DNA of 64,000 bases from Bilabrum cf. latius (taxonomy: Eukaryota). The notes under the pieces were generated by a model that did not search any database, was not told the DNA's origin, and saw only the letters and a program-made list of their open reading frames with translations. A program made the position numbers and the translations under genes. The DNA lies in the NCBI GenBank assembly GCA_965178125.1, contig OZ237742.1, positions 1,116,001 to 1,180,000 on the forward strand, given 5' to 3'. Numbering within the stretch: the stretch's first letter is position 1; each line of letters starts with the position of its first letter. This document shows, piece after piece, positions 37,182 to 50,097 of the stretch.

Positions 37182-39231
37182 TTAGCTTCCACTTCCGGCA
37201 CCGCTGCCGCCCGCTGCTGCCCCACCAGTCGCCGCACCCGGGTCAGCGGACGCACCGGGATCCGCACCCGGGACCCCCTCAGCCAAAATCGCCGCCATTG
37301 CCTTGCTCTTGGGGCCAGCGAGGTGCCCGCAGCGCACGATGTCGTTCTGCGTGCCCTCCTCGACCGTCCCAGGGGCGGTTACTGTGAGAGTGTAGATCAC
37401 GACCCGCTGCGACCATCCCTTGCTGTTGTCCCAGGTTGCAACCAGCACTCCATCCTCTGCCTCGGAGACGCCCGAGATCTCCACCATCTTGGCGTCGCTT
37501 CCCGGGTGTCCCTTCAGGCCGTACAGCTCCTGCATCCCCGACTTGTCCGTTGAGCTCTCCTTGAGGTCCTCCTGCTTGCCCCCTGGGAGGAGACCCTCGG
37601 CCGCCTTGCCAGTGGCCAGGTGAGCAGAGAACTCGATGTCCGCGGGGCGGGAGATCCAGCGGACGCGGAAGGAGTGCCCCTTGGGCACCTTACGGCGGAT
37701 TTCTTTCACCTTGCCCGAGTGGATGGTGATGTCGGGCGACCCCTTGGGGTAGAGGCCCCCGGGCACCTTGAGCTTGCCCCCGTACTCCGTGGGGACGTTT
37801 TGTTCCCCCCCCAGGAGCTCGAACAGCTCCTTCTTGTAGTCTGAGCCCACGACCTTGATCTTGCTGAGGGTGCGCTCGTCCAGGAAGGTGCTGACTACGG
37901 ACCAGATGGTGTGGAAGACGAAGGGGGCGTTGATGATGAGGAGCTTGCCCAGCGTCTCGGGGTAGTTGTCGCTGTCGATCTTGCTAATGGCAGACAGGAA
38001 GGAACGCGTGTTCGAGTCGAACATGCCCAGCGTAAGGCCCTCCGCGTCGAACACATTCGTCAGGGCCTCGGTCACGCGGCCGTCCTGCGGTGTGATGAGT
38101 GTATGGGGGTGTGACGAGCGTGTGCGGCGATACAACGAATCGCACGGAGATACCCATGGGTGAGGGGGCGGGAACGAAAGCGAGGAGCAGGCAGGTAACT
38201 GCAGCTCCCGTACCACTGGCATTCTGTGAATCGCGTGGCAGGTTAGTGTCACAAGAAGCGCGCGCAACGGCCGCTGTGCATTCATCTCACGTCGTCTTTC
38301 CTGATCTGCGTGCACGCCGACATGCGGGCCTGGTTGAACTCCTCCAGCATCTGCATGTGCCACTCGAGGAGCTTTTGCTGGGAGGTGATTGCTAGCAGGC
38401 CGGCGGTGTCGATCGCTCCGGTCTTTTCAAAATACACGGGGCGGTACTGCTCATCGCACAAATCGACATACGCGTGCGGGTAAAACCTCTGCAGCTCTGA
38501 CACGTGCGCGTCGATCACCTTGCTGCTCAGCATGCCTACGAACTGCCTAGGGTTGGTCTTCTTCCGCCAGGCGGCGCAATTTGTCATCATCTCGATGGCC
38601 TTGTCGAGGTCGTACTTGCGGGCTCGCAAGAACCGGGCGCTAACGGATTCGGTCGTCTCGTGGGGGGCCTTCACGGATTCGAGAACCTTGGCATCAATCT
38701 TTTTCGCGAACTACGCCAAGATCTGCGGGAATGACTCGGACGACGACAGCTGAAGTAGGGTGGAATCTTCGGCTTCACTGGCAGTATCGTGGCCGCAGTT
38801 CTGCTTCAGGTCGCTTGGCGACTGAAAGGCCTTGGCACGTCGCCTCCAGAAGGCGAAAGAGTGTAAACAATATGTTACAATCGCGGGGCTGAATTCTGCC
38901 TGAACCGCGAAGAGACCGCCTGAAGCTCCACAACAGGTTTCCACGATCAATCTTCCGGCAAGGTGCAGCCCACCGCCATTGCCAACACAGACGCACTATC
39001 CAGCCAGCGCAGCACTGATCGCAGTGCAAATAGAAAAGGCTTGCATATGCAACCAATTGTGCACTCGATAAGCACGCGCACTTGATAACGGGTAGCGACC
39101 ACCAAGCACACATAAGTTAGTAGTTCAACACTCACGTCTTTCTGTTCGTCTGAGAGATCATGCAAGTACCCAGAACCGTATTTCGACCATGAACTCGTAC
39201 CAGCTACCTTTGGTTGCGCAGCACCTGCCAT
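37182..39231 (-). CDS. Sec14/CRAL-TRIO lipid-binding protein with a C-terminal GOLD-like domain, multi-exon
   Basis: RFLRARKYDLDKAIEM, YPH...DEQYRPVYFE, DSDNYPETLGKLLIINAPFVF..IWS, FLDERTLSKI, VPTEYGG, WDNSKGW. In-frame TAG at 38711; ends TAA. Confidence 0.88.
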
Positions 39232-39427
39232 TTTTGTGAAGATATGTCGCGTTTCTGCATGTCTTGGCGAGGACGATTCGGCCACACTAAGTGCACGTAA
39301 CCCCATTCGGCAAAAACGCCAAAAACACTCAGGCCTGCCCTCATCCTGAGGTCAACGGGGTTGATGGACCGGCGAGTTGTAACACAGAAAATGGTAGGCA
39401 TAATTCATTACGTATCGACGTCAACCA

Positions 39428-40814
39428 TCATCCCATCCGCAAGAGATAGTCCCCGTTCAGCGTCACGTACCGCACCCAAGGCACGGCCTGGTACCCAGAT
39501 GCCTCGGTCACCCGCAGGTACCTCACCTGCAGCCCGCTCACCGTGAAGTATGGAATCTCGAAACGGACTCGGATGGGCTTGGTTCTCCAAGCGTTCTCCT
39601 CCGCGTCGTCCTCGGCCTCTACGGAAGGCAGCCCCAGGTGCGCCCTCATCAGCACCTCCTTGCCCCCCGTCAGCTGCGGGATGGTCCACTTGAGGCACTC
39701 TAGGTCGGGCACGTACGTCACCCTGCCTACCGTAGCACGGAAGGCGGGCGAGTCCACGTCAGGGGGCACAGGGATGAGGATTTCAACGCCGTTCGCCACG
39801 GTCCTGTTCTTGTAATTCGACTTTGCCTTGACGCTGTACTGCAGCCTGGACCTGCCCTGCCTCTCTACCACTGTCTCTACCCAGATGAGCGGCTTCACGT
39901 GCGTGTTGAGCCTGTAGGACATGAGCTCAAACTCTCCGTCGGGGGGCGTGAAGGAGATGGTGCGGTCGTGCTCGAACTGGGCCAGCCGCACGCATTGGTG
40001 GAACTTGACGTCCTCGAGCTCGACCGACTTGGCGGTGGCACGGCGGCCCGTGGCTTGGAACATGAGCTTGTCGTTGAGGCCTAGCTTGAGGTTGGGCATC
40101 CCTGAGAGGTAGCACTTCATCTTGAGGGCGCCTTCTATCTCGCTGCTCATCACCTTGCCACCGGCAGAGACGATGAGGTGCAGCCGCTCCTCGACGTCCA
40201 AGTAGACCTCCTCTTTGGGGTGCGTGATGCCCTCGGGCCGCCAGCTGACCATGTTGGTGACCGCTTGCGGCGGCTTGACCTTTTCTCGAGCGAGCACGTG
40301 GGATTCCGTGGTGATGTACTCCTTCAGCACCCCGGCCTCGGCAATCTGCGGGTACCCGAAATCCATCGTCTCGTCCAGCAGCTCGTACAGAATCACGAAA
40401 TTGTCACGAATGCTTTCCTCCTCAACGTTTCCGAAGTAATCATGCATTACTTCAGTCAGTTTGTGCAAGAAATACAATACCATCGTGATGTTGCTATTTC
40501 TGCGCGTCACGGCAAGCAGAAGCACGTTGCTGTGGCGGATCCACGCAAACGTGTATCCCCCTTCAGTGTACACAGGCTTCAAATCGTTACCATCGCTTTC
40601 TTGAATCTTTTGACTGAAACTGCGAATGGGAGGAAGGGGCGTATGCGTGCAAAGAACTGGCTACCTGCACAAACATGCTGCCGCATTGCTGCACGCCGGC
40701 AGCTCTGCATGGCACTTACCTATCCGCGATCCCTCTGGAAACATCCCCTCTATAATTGCGCGAGATAAGAATTTTGCCTTTCTGGTCCAAGACATAAATG
40801 GCGGAGCACACCAT
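39428..40814 (-). CDS. AP1M1: Clathrin adaptor AP-1 complex mu subunit; intron 40620-40719
   Basis: SAIYVLDQKGKILISRNYRGD, EEESIRDNFVILYELLDETMDFGYPQ, VSWRPEGI, LSGMPNLKLGLNDK, EDVKFHQCVRL, PPDGEFELMSYRL, FEIPYFTVSGLQVRYL, PWVRY; ends TGA. Confidence 0.95.
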
Positions 40815-41286
40815 CAGAGCAGATGTCAAGTCGTGGCGGCACGGGTGCTGTCACTCCCTTGCTGAGAATCTAGTTGGTGATACAACCAGCCTGCAACGTC
40901 ACTTTACAAGGAATCTATCAGCAGAATTTCGAGATGTGGCCTAACGTGCTTCAATTTGTACCCTTGAAAGCAGGCTCTCTACTTTGTAAAATCCAGCGGA
41001 GGCCGGACTTGTCGGCGAACCCTCAGCGAAGCGCAACGAACCTTCGAAAAGCACCGCGGTCCGCAGCGTCTTAAACCAGAATTTCCTTCCTTCCTTCTGC
41101 CGCTGCTGCTGATTTCTGGGTGGGCATGGCCAAAAGGATGGTTTCATAATCTGATATTTGTTAGGTGCTTAGAATTATTCTGAGTGTGATGATAGCTCGA
41201 TAATCAATACTCGTTCATTCGTTTGTTCGTTCGTTCGTTCGTTGATGGATGATGATGCGGCTCTGTCGATCAGCGGCTTGTTGCTT

Positions 41287-41602
41287 CACTCAGTCAGTAC
41301 TACGCTACTCTCGCGTCGCTGCCAGTTGCCATGCGACCAGCGGGGGCGAGCAACCACCCGCGCGGCTCTCTACATCATCTCGTCGTCGCCGTCTGCTCTC
41401 GTACCTAGCTAGCACCTTCTCCTCGTAGTCTCCTCTTTCCGTGGCGCTGTGGCTTTGGCTGGTGGTTCCCTGGACCTTGGACAGGCGGCACGGACCTTTC
41501 AAGCCGCTAGGGGACTACCTGCCACTGGACACGGGATCTACACTGGGCCCCTCCCGCGGCCGTTCGCCCATCGAAAGCCTCAAGGGACACCCAATGGCCC
41601 AG
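41287..41602. repeat. Diverged third copy of repeat A, flanked on the left by (GTTC)n/(GAT)n simple repeats (41211-41257)
   Basis: Colinear shared blocks CAGTCA, TTCCGTGGCGCTGTGG, TTGGCTGGTG, CGGACC.TTCA.GCC, ACACTGGGCCCC, GTTCGCCCATCGAA, AGGGACACCCA.TGGCCCAG. Confidence 0.85.
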
Positions 41603-42318
41603 TTATTAGAGCCTTGAGTCCGCATCACCCCCACCATTACTCGCTGGGCCCCGCCGGAGCCGTTGGCCTCCCAGACCGCTCGAAGCTCTGGAATGGAGCC
41701 CGTCCCCACCGTGGCCCGCAGGATTCCGCCGCAGTGACCCGTACCGCTTCCATCTGTCAATAGCCTGCCGGAAACGCGAGGCCCTGCTGGTGACCATCTA
41801 GATATGCCTGCAAGTACTGCCGAGATCCGAAGTACTTTCAAGTAGAGCTGTAGGTCAGCAGGACCCCATAGGAGCAAAGCTAAGGACCAATGGATACATT
41901 GGATCTGGACAGGAAGCGACAGCAGCTTCATGACCAGGAGCTCGTGCTGTCGCCGCAGTCCTGCTTTGCTGCAACCGATCGGGCTTAGTATCTTATTAAG
42001 ACCTGACATGCCATGCCCTGGCATGCCATGCCATGAAGAGACCAAAGAATCAGCAAGTTCAGAGTGCCCTAGTGGCTTGAGGTTTCACGCAGCCCATCGC
42101 GTCGCAGGGCCACGTAAATTCCTCCTCGAGTGTCGCACTTACAGCAAGCTTGTTCGATGCACTCGCAGGGAGGCATCCTTACTAGATTGGAGACCTGAGC
42201 GTGCGTGCTAATCTCCTTGTATAGCTTTATAGCAACCACGGCATGGAATCAAGCCATTGCGTAGGGAGCGCTCTCAGTGCCAACCTAGGCAACCTACAAC
42301 AAGAAAGAAAATCCCAAA

Positions 42319-45300
42319 TCACGAGCCTGACTCTTCGCACAGATGCACCCCATCTGCCGGTCTGACATCTGCCACATAGCTCTCGCCAGGACCCGGGCGC
42401 TCCCAGTCGATGAGTTTCCGCAGCTCTGCATCGCTCGGGGTGCGTGCCTGTTTCCCCACTAAAGTCCATGCAACTGCCTGCAAGTGAGGAATACCGAACT
42501 CCCAGAAGTCTCTACCAGAAATCACGCGTATCCCTGCCTCCTCAATCTCATACTTGTCCTTTGGAGTTGTTGCAGACAGCCACACAGGTACGTGGTGCCA
42601 CTCCTCGATGTGCTGCAGATTGGCGGCATTCTTCAATGCATCTAGGACAGGGGCGTGCACTCCTTTCTTTGTTGACGTTGGGATCGGTTTGTCCCATGAG
42701 TCCCGCAGCAAGGTGGCATCCGTCAGCTAAATCTCGTCGGAGCGGGCTGCCTTGACCTGAGCTCGTATCACGTACGCCACCTTGGATCCCGGTGCAATGC
42801 ACACTGCCACGAGGTCGCACTTGCGTCTGTCTGGCTTTTCGACCATCACTGTATTGACCGGAACCTCAACAGGAGTCTTATTCTTGAATAGCTTCGACAG
42901 CGGAAGCTTTGGGAGCTGCACGCGAGGTGATGCCGGCTCCCCTCCTCCCGGTGAGCTACCGTTGCTAGAAGCAATCGACGACTGGTCCAGCGATGACTCG
43001 TCACCATCCTCATCGCGATCCACCACGCGACTACTGGATGCCTCGAACGACACATCACAATCCAGTACGCGACATGCCAGAGTACCACGCAAGCCATCCA
43101 CTAGCTGGTCAAGTCCGTGCAACGCCAGTCCTTCGGCGACAAGGTTCTCAATAACGATCCTTCCATAGAACCCATCGGGCCGTTGCAAAGCCATCATCTC
43201 CAAAGTATGCAACAGGTTGCCGACACCACGCATGAGCTGGTTCGCGACACTCAACAAGAGTGGCGACGAAAACTGCACCTATTCGAGGCCCTCGCGCGGT
43301 GGGTCTCGTCTGACTTGGATGATCCCATGAGACGTGAGAAGCTCCAGGAGATCATCTCCGGCCTCGTACTTTGGCACATCTTTGCGATTCGACAGCCTGT
43401 TTTTTTCGATGGCTTCCTTGAGACACTCTTGATTCACCGGTACCCACCTCTCGTGGAAGGCTTCAATGGAGTCCTAGAGAATGTCGGGATGCTCTTCCAG
43501 GGTAGCCCCAACGAGCCAACCAAAAAACAAGCTCGCACCAGGATCGGTCCGAAACTTATACAGCAACTACTTGAGCACCGCATCATTGAACTTGTCGCCA
43601 TCTAATGCTACGATCAGGAAGCGCGGTATTCCACCGGAGAGGTACTCGGCGTCGCTCACCAAAGCTTCTCCAGCCCTCACCTATTTGTCCCAGTCTGGGA
43701 TGGCCTTCTTCAACTACAAGGCATCATCACGAGTCATCAATCTGAAGGATGGTTGCACCGGGGCGTGTCTGTCCAGCGTGACGTACCCGGCGGCTTCAAC
43801 TGTGGGTGTCTTACCTTCCAGGAGCTGCTGGGCGACAAAGCTCTGAATGCTGATAGATGCCCCACTCGCCGAATTCAAGTCAAAGTGCCCGATCATGTGA
43901 GCAGCTTCGACCACCGGCATCCCGTTCGTGATTGGCTCTGGCGATATCTTGTGGTCATGGAACTTGTTCCCGCGGAACATGTACGCTGCCGTCCGAGACC
44001 ACGACCCACTAAGACGCACGATTCCATTGGCCATGTACTCTTCGGATAATTCGTTCAGCTGCTGCACCACTTCTCTTTCGAACAGAACACGCTGGTCGCC
44101 ATACACGGTAATCTCATCGATCAGCAGCACCGGATGCATCCGATGTGCCTTGCACCACTTCATGAAGGTGATGCCACGGTTCACTCCCGGCTGCATCGAG
44201 TCTGCCCAAGCGGGCAGTTTCCCCTGATCATCCAGCAGGACACCAGTCTTCAAGCAAGCAGCAGCCATGTGCGACAAAGGTGTCATGGGTGCAGCCTGAC
44301 TGACGAACGCAGGAATGACCCGGACACCTTCATTTGCAAAGTCCAGAATGGCAGCCGCCTACCCAATGCAGCGCATGATCTGCGTCTTGCCAATACCCCG
44401 GCTTCCAGCAATAACGCGGCAGCGATTGAAGTGGTGCTTACGAGTCCCCTTGATGTATTCAATAAGGATCTGGATGGTACTCAGCGCTACCCCCTCTCGC
44501 TTAGAACCGGGGTGTCCTGTCAGCACAGTCCGGACAGGTCTATTGTCGGGCGAGGCAGTCATGAAATCAGCGTGCTGCAGAACCGATACTGCTTCAAGCA
44601 AATTCTCAGCAGCGGCCCTGGCATTCGTGACATCGTCAAGCGACCCTTTCTGCATCAGATACTCCCGCAAAGCCTTTCCCTGGTAAACAGGAGCCCTGCT
44701 ATTCCAACTGCTGGTTGCGTCAGCTCCCTTGCTTCTACCGACCGACCCATCTGTCCCGTTGAAATCGACACCGAGCTATGATTCCACACGCTAGCAGATT
44801 GCATCGACACTTGTTCGAGACCACGTCTCGACTTGGCTGGACTGCAGCTGCTCTAGGGTTGCTATCCCGGTCTCTTCCAAACGTTTCATATCCGCAAAGG
44901 GGTCCGCATTCCATCGCTCCGTCTCCCTTTCTTGGCGTTCCTTCACCCTTTCTTGGCGTTCCTTCTCCCTTTCTTGGCGTTCCTTCTCCATTTCTTGGTT
45001 CTCCTACTCCACCTTACCTGCAAGACGCACATCTTCGTTCAAGCGGCTCACAACGGCTGCTAGCTGCGCGCGACTGTCAGGAGACGTGAATAACGTTGCT
45101 ACGTGCTCATCGGACAGCAATGCAAGCACCGTATCAGATGTGCTAGGCGCTGCAAGCAGATCATACACAGCTTTGCTGCTGTCATCGTCCAATTGTTTCC
45201 GCCTCTCATATTCCCTTCCAGATGCACCATCCAGGAGCGATGCAGCCGCTCGAGATATCGTACCAGGACTTGCTCCTTTCCGTGTCGAAGAAACTGCAAT

Positions 45301-45639
45301 AGAAAAGCACTAGCCTATTAAGTCGACTAAAGCAGCCAAAAACTGCTTCTTCTGGTCAACCCCCCAGCCGTGCCTCACGTGAGTAATAGTGTACACGGCC
45401 TCAATATCAGCGACGCTGCACGTTGCTGCTTCGAGGGCATCGACGGCAACTTGAAAAGGATCGGCAATATTGAACCCAGTCGCGTTGCGATGCAAACCAG
45501 ATCCCGCAGTCATACCAGAGCTGGTGCTAGCCAAACGGCACTGCATCCAGTCTCTTCGCCATGCAGGCCTGCTCCCCGCGACGGTGGCCTGTTGGAGCAG
45601 TTGTGCGCGCAACGAACTTCGAACTGCGACATAGATCAT
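42319..45639 (-). CDS. Crinkler/RHS-type protein: coiled coil + P-loop NTPase + PD-(D/E)xK restriction-endonuclease-like domain, up to ~1106 aa, intronless (true start may be a later ATG)
   Basis: Seven ORF fragments share one frame, joined by 11 TAGs. EKERQER repeats, Walker A GSRGIGKT, Walker B LLIDE, YLSGGIPRFL, ENLV...KCDLV...RAQVK nuclease-like motif; ends TGA. Confidence 0.78.
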
Positions 45640-45997
45640 TTACAGATCAGCATTTACTGACTCATGGAGGAAAGCTACAACATCTTGATCACTCGCATAC
45701 GGGAAGTGCGAGCAAACGCGATTCTGTTGCTCACCACGTGGCGAGGTACAAATCCGTACTAGCTACTTGATACTATTGAAACGCCGACGACAGCCTTGCA
45801 TCGTACAGACAGATTTATGAAAAGGGCAGAAGAGGCGATTCAGATGCGTTCAGCCAGCGAGCAATATTGGTGTGGTTGAACGAGGTTCCCGGTTCCGCAA
45901 AATGGGACGCGGCGCCAGCTTCACGGTCCGAAGTCGGATTTAACTGTTAATAGCGACTGTTCTAGAGCATCTCACTGTACCACCATCTAAAGAAAGC

Positions 45998-47089
45998 ATG
46001 GAGAGTATTGCAGGAGATGACTCGCAGGAGCATGTTATGATGGACTTGTTTGGAACAGCCAAAACGCAGCAAACTCCCTAGGATGCTGAGGTGGCTGGCG
46101 GTGAGAAGTCTCATGGGCAGCAAGAGGATGTTTTGCAAGAACCGCGTGGATTGTCTGGTATTCATGATAGTGACTCCCAAGATCGGGAAGGATTGGACCG
46201 GGTTCGATCTCAGAGGGCACTAGCGCCTCCGCCGGATCCAGCAGCATCTAGGGAGCAGGTGCTCGGACCTGGCACTCCGGGAAAGTAGGACCAAGCATCC
46301 ACGCCTAGCCTATCAAAAAAAGCTAACACTTCTAGAAAGCCGCAAATCGTGAGCCCCGGTTCAACTGCGTCATCGTTGCGAACCACGGGCACCGAATAGC
46401 AGCAAGCGATGCGGCACAGGCTCCAGGTCGAGGCGCGCGAGTCGATGGCCGGCGAGCCCGCTTACCGGCAGCAAAAGTGGGAAAATGACGCGCTAGTAGC
46501 ACCCATAGCATCTGGGCCAATCGCTAAGGCAGTGACGCCGCCGCAGTAGTAGCACGCACGCAATCTCGCTAGCGGGGGACTGCTGCCTGTCGTGCCAGCT
46601 ACTGGCAGTGGCAGCTGTGCATCGGCGACAGCAGGCGCTGGAAGCCAGCAGGCTCCCAGCACATCTGAGTCTAGCAGCGCGCCCCCTTCCAGCCAGAGCG
46701 CGGTTATGCACCACCGTGCAGTGCAGAAGGAAGAGGAGGCCGATTTGGCGGCTGCTGCCACTGTGCTAGGGCAGGCAGGGCGCCAGGCCTTACCAGCGGG
46801 AGAAGGGATAGCGGCGGTCAGAGACCCGGGCACGCCCTCCACGGTCCCAGTGCACGACACGAATGGCAGGCGTGGTCGGGCTGGAGCGGGTGCTTCTGCC
46901 AGCAGTCAGGGTGGCAATGGTAGTGGAGGTGGGCACCATGCTACTCATGTAGGTGCAGCAGTGGCAAGGGCTCTTCAGATGGGCCCTGCGTCGCTTTCCG
47001 AGGCAACGCCGGTCCTGCCTGGGCCTGGGGAGCTTGCTTCGCCCTTCCGACCCAAGCAATAGCCCGGATCTTCGTCATCGTCCTCTTCT

Positions 47090-47151
<62 letters not shown>

Positions 47152-48508
47152 TGCTTCCTCAGCTGAAGCCAAGGACACGGCCCAGTCAGGCGCGATGGCT
47201 GCTTCAAGGCAGCTGCAAGCAGCGCTGCAGAGTAGATTCTACAGCCATGACGGAGCAGCATCGTCTCAGGAGGTTGCTGAAGGGGCCGGTCGAGAGCAGG
47301 TAGCGTTGCATCAAGAACCAGAACATGCAGCAGCAGCAGCAGCAGCAGCAGCTGCGACGGCAGGTGCGCGTAATGGAGCCGGTGCGGGGGCGGCAGAGTC
47401 GGCCGACCACGGGCTAGCGATCGATCCATCTGCCGAACAACAAAAAGTGCAGGGCATTGCAAACGCATCGCAGGGCACGGTGGCCAGGGCCGCAGGCAAT
47501 GCGAGCTTTCTGCTGGACGATGGTGGGGAGGGGGGGGGTGGCTCCTAGGGCACACCACATGGGTAGGGGCAGGTCAGGCAGGTTGGGAGTGATGGTGCTG
47601 CCGCGCAGAGTCGTGCGAAGGAGATTGCGGGCCATAATGCGAGCCAAGGCAGCGGCAAGTCAGGAGGGATAGACCATGATCAGGAGAGCTTGCAGGTGTC
47701 GATTCCAACCCTAGTCGATCCAACACCGAGCGATGGTCCGAACCAGACCACCGGTGGTCCTCGTCAAGCGTCGGAGCAGCAGCCTACCGCAGACCCGCAG
47801 GCGAAGCCTACCTAGCATACAGACGACAACTAGGCGGTGCTCCCTGGTTCCGATGCTGCCGAGGGAACCGGTAGCAGTGGTCGCGCTCCCCAAGCCACAT
47901 CTGCCGGCGCTGCCTCTTCAAACGCTTCTTTTTCTGCTAGGGATGGTGCTCCGGACAGAGAACAAATGATCCCGTCGGTTAGTGCTGGTGCATAGCAGGT
48001 GGCGCCAGGTTCGGCTGGCTCGTTGCAGGCATCGCTCGTGTCGAGCGTGGAGTCGCCCGGTGACGGCGGGGGTGCTGCTGCCGCCGCTGGTGCAGCTGCA
48101 TCCCTTGGTGACGGCAGGCAAGTGGCTCCCACAGTATCCGAAGAATCAGAGCCTAGTGCACCAAGTCGTGCAGGAAATGGAAAGCAGAAAGGTTCGAAAC
48201 AAGCGGAGCAGAAGCAGCAGCGGCCCCAACCACCTCTGCAGCCGAGGTTGCCTTTGGATCTTGGCTCGGCAGCCTCGGCCTCCGCTGCGTGTGCCGTAGA
48301 TCTAACCGAGCAGCAGTCGGCTACTCTCTAGACAGGTACCACCGGGCTGGATGCAAACGAAGGAAACAGCGCTGGTGGTCCGGGTTCCCCTGGATCGAAG
48401 CATGGCGGAGCATCGAGGGGCATTGGAAGTCGGGCTAGTATGTAGGATGGCGAGCAAATATCGAAAGCTGCCGCAACCGAAGGGAATACGGGCGGAAACA
48501 AGGGCGTA

Positions 48509-48540
<32 letters not shown>

Positions 48541-50056
48541 TGATATCATGGTAGGAGGCAGCGACGCCAGGCGGGCCGAGGAGGCCCTCCTCAGGGCGCT
48601 GGATGGGGACGAGGAGCAGCAACACAAGGGGGGCAACGAGCCCGACTCCGACTCAGACTCGGTGTCCCACAAGGGCTCCGGGGCAGATCGTGTCCTAGGG
48701 GCTTCCTCGGCGCCTCTGCAGGTGCCTATGTCTGCAGCTACAGCCGACACCATCCCTAGTAGCATCGAGAACTCAAGCAGCCAAGGGCTCGGCAGCGGTC
48801 TTAGTAGTCGTCTTGGTAGTCGCCATGGTAGTCTACTTGGTAGATCTAGTGGCATCGCCAGAAAGGAAGTCGCGGGTGGCAGCAGCGGTGCTGCGACACT
48901 GGAGGCTGGGGGTCGGGGCTCGTCCGCACCTGCTCCTGATCCAGCTCTTGCAGCAAACGAACAACTGGAGGCCAGTGCGGCCGGTAGCACTGGCGTGAGC
49001 GCGCAGCAGGCAGCAGCGGGAGCTTCATCGGGCCCCCAGGGCGCCTCCCCAGAGCACTCGTAGGATACCAGAAAAATCACGCAACAATCTCAGTCCGATA
49101 GCCTCACGAAATCTCCGCTGCAGCCACCAGCCGCCATCAGCGCCAGGAGACTAGGCGCCCCGGGGGTAAGACGGACCAGCGCGTCGACCAGACCGACTGG
49201 TATGGCATCTGGCGACACAGATTCGGCTCATTCAGCGGCGAGTCGCAACCGTCGGGTCGGATCGGCGAGCGGGACCGCCAGGCATGTATCGGTTGAGATG
49301 CAGGAAGAGGACAGCACAATGCCGGAGGACGGAACGGATGACGATGACGCTGGCCCGCTTGAGTCTGCCGCCGACCAGCGTCTGTCAAGTCCGGTCTCAG
49401 CCAAAAAACTGGGCCCAGATTCGCGCGCGAAAGAGCAACGCGTCATTGGCCAAAAGAGGCCGAGAGGAGATCGAGATCGTGATGGCAGTGCATTTTCTCA
49501 TGCACCTGGTGGCGCCGGTGGTTCAACTAGCAGCCATGGCACACAGCACGCGAACGAAATGCAAGGTATTCATGCTGGCAGCGAGCCAGAGGGCGGTGAA
49601 ATAGACGTCTCGTCTAGCCTCAGCGATGCTGGTCCCCAGCAGGGCAGGCTGTCCAAGCGACGAAGGACCGCTGGCGAGTCGAGCAATGCAGCAGCGGATC
49701 GATCCAGGTCGCTGAGCCGTGACAGCAGCCCAGCAGTAGCTGCACTCAGCGAGTCGAGCGATGCCAATCCGCCTGGTTCTAGCAATGAAGGAAGCAAGCA
49801 AGGGGGCAGCCGGGCCCCTGGTTCTGTCGGCGCCCGCGGGATTCTCGCGTCGCCACCTGGGGCCCCGTCCTCCTCCCGGGCACAGGGCCGCAGCAACCGC
49901 GTGAGGATCCAGCTCGAGGACGAGAGCATGGGCGGGGGCAGGTATGGGCGGGTCGTGGTGCCTGGCCACTCAGACAACTCCCAGCCGGGGTCTGCTAGCA
50001 GCGCCTCTGATGATCTTGGGTCTCTGTCGCTCTCTGTCAGTTCCACCGGGAAACGC

Positions 50057-50097
<41 letters not shown>

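Noticed and set aside
43117-44781. Plus-strand ORFs 43117-43605 and 44134-44781
   Set aside because: Antisense shadows of the minus-strand NTPase-nuclease gene, which carries the recognisable motifs.
47093-47150. (TCATCG)n as an independent repeat or minus-strand poly-Asp gene
   Set aside because: It encodes a poly-Ser tract within the giant plus-strand ORF.
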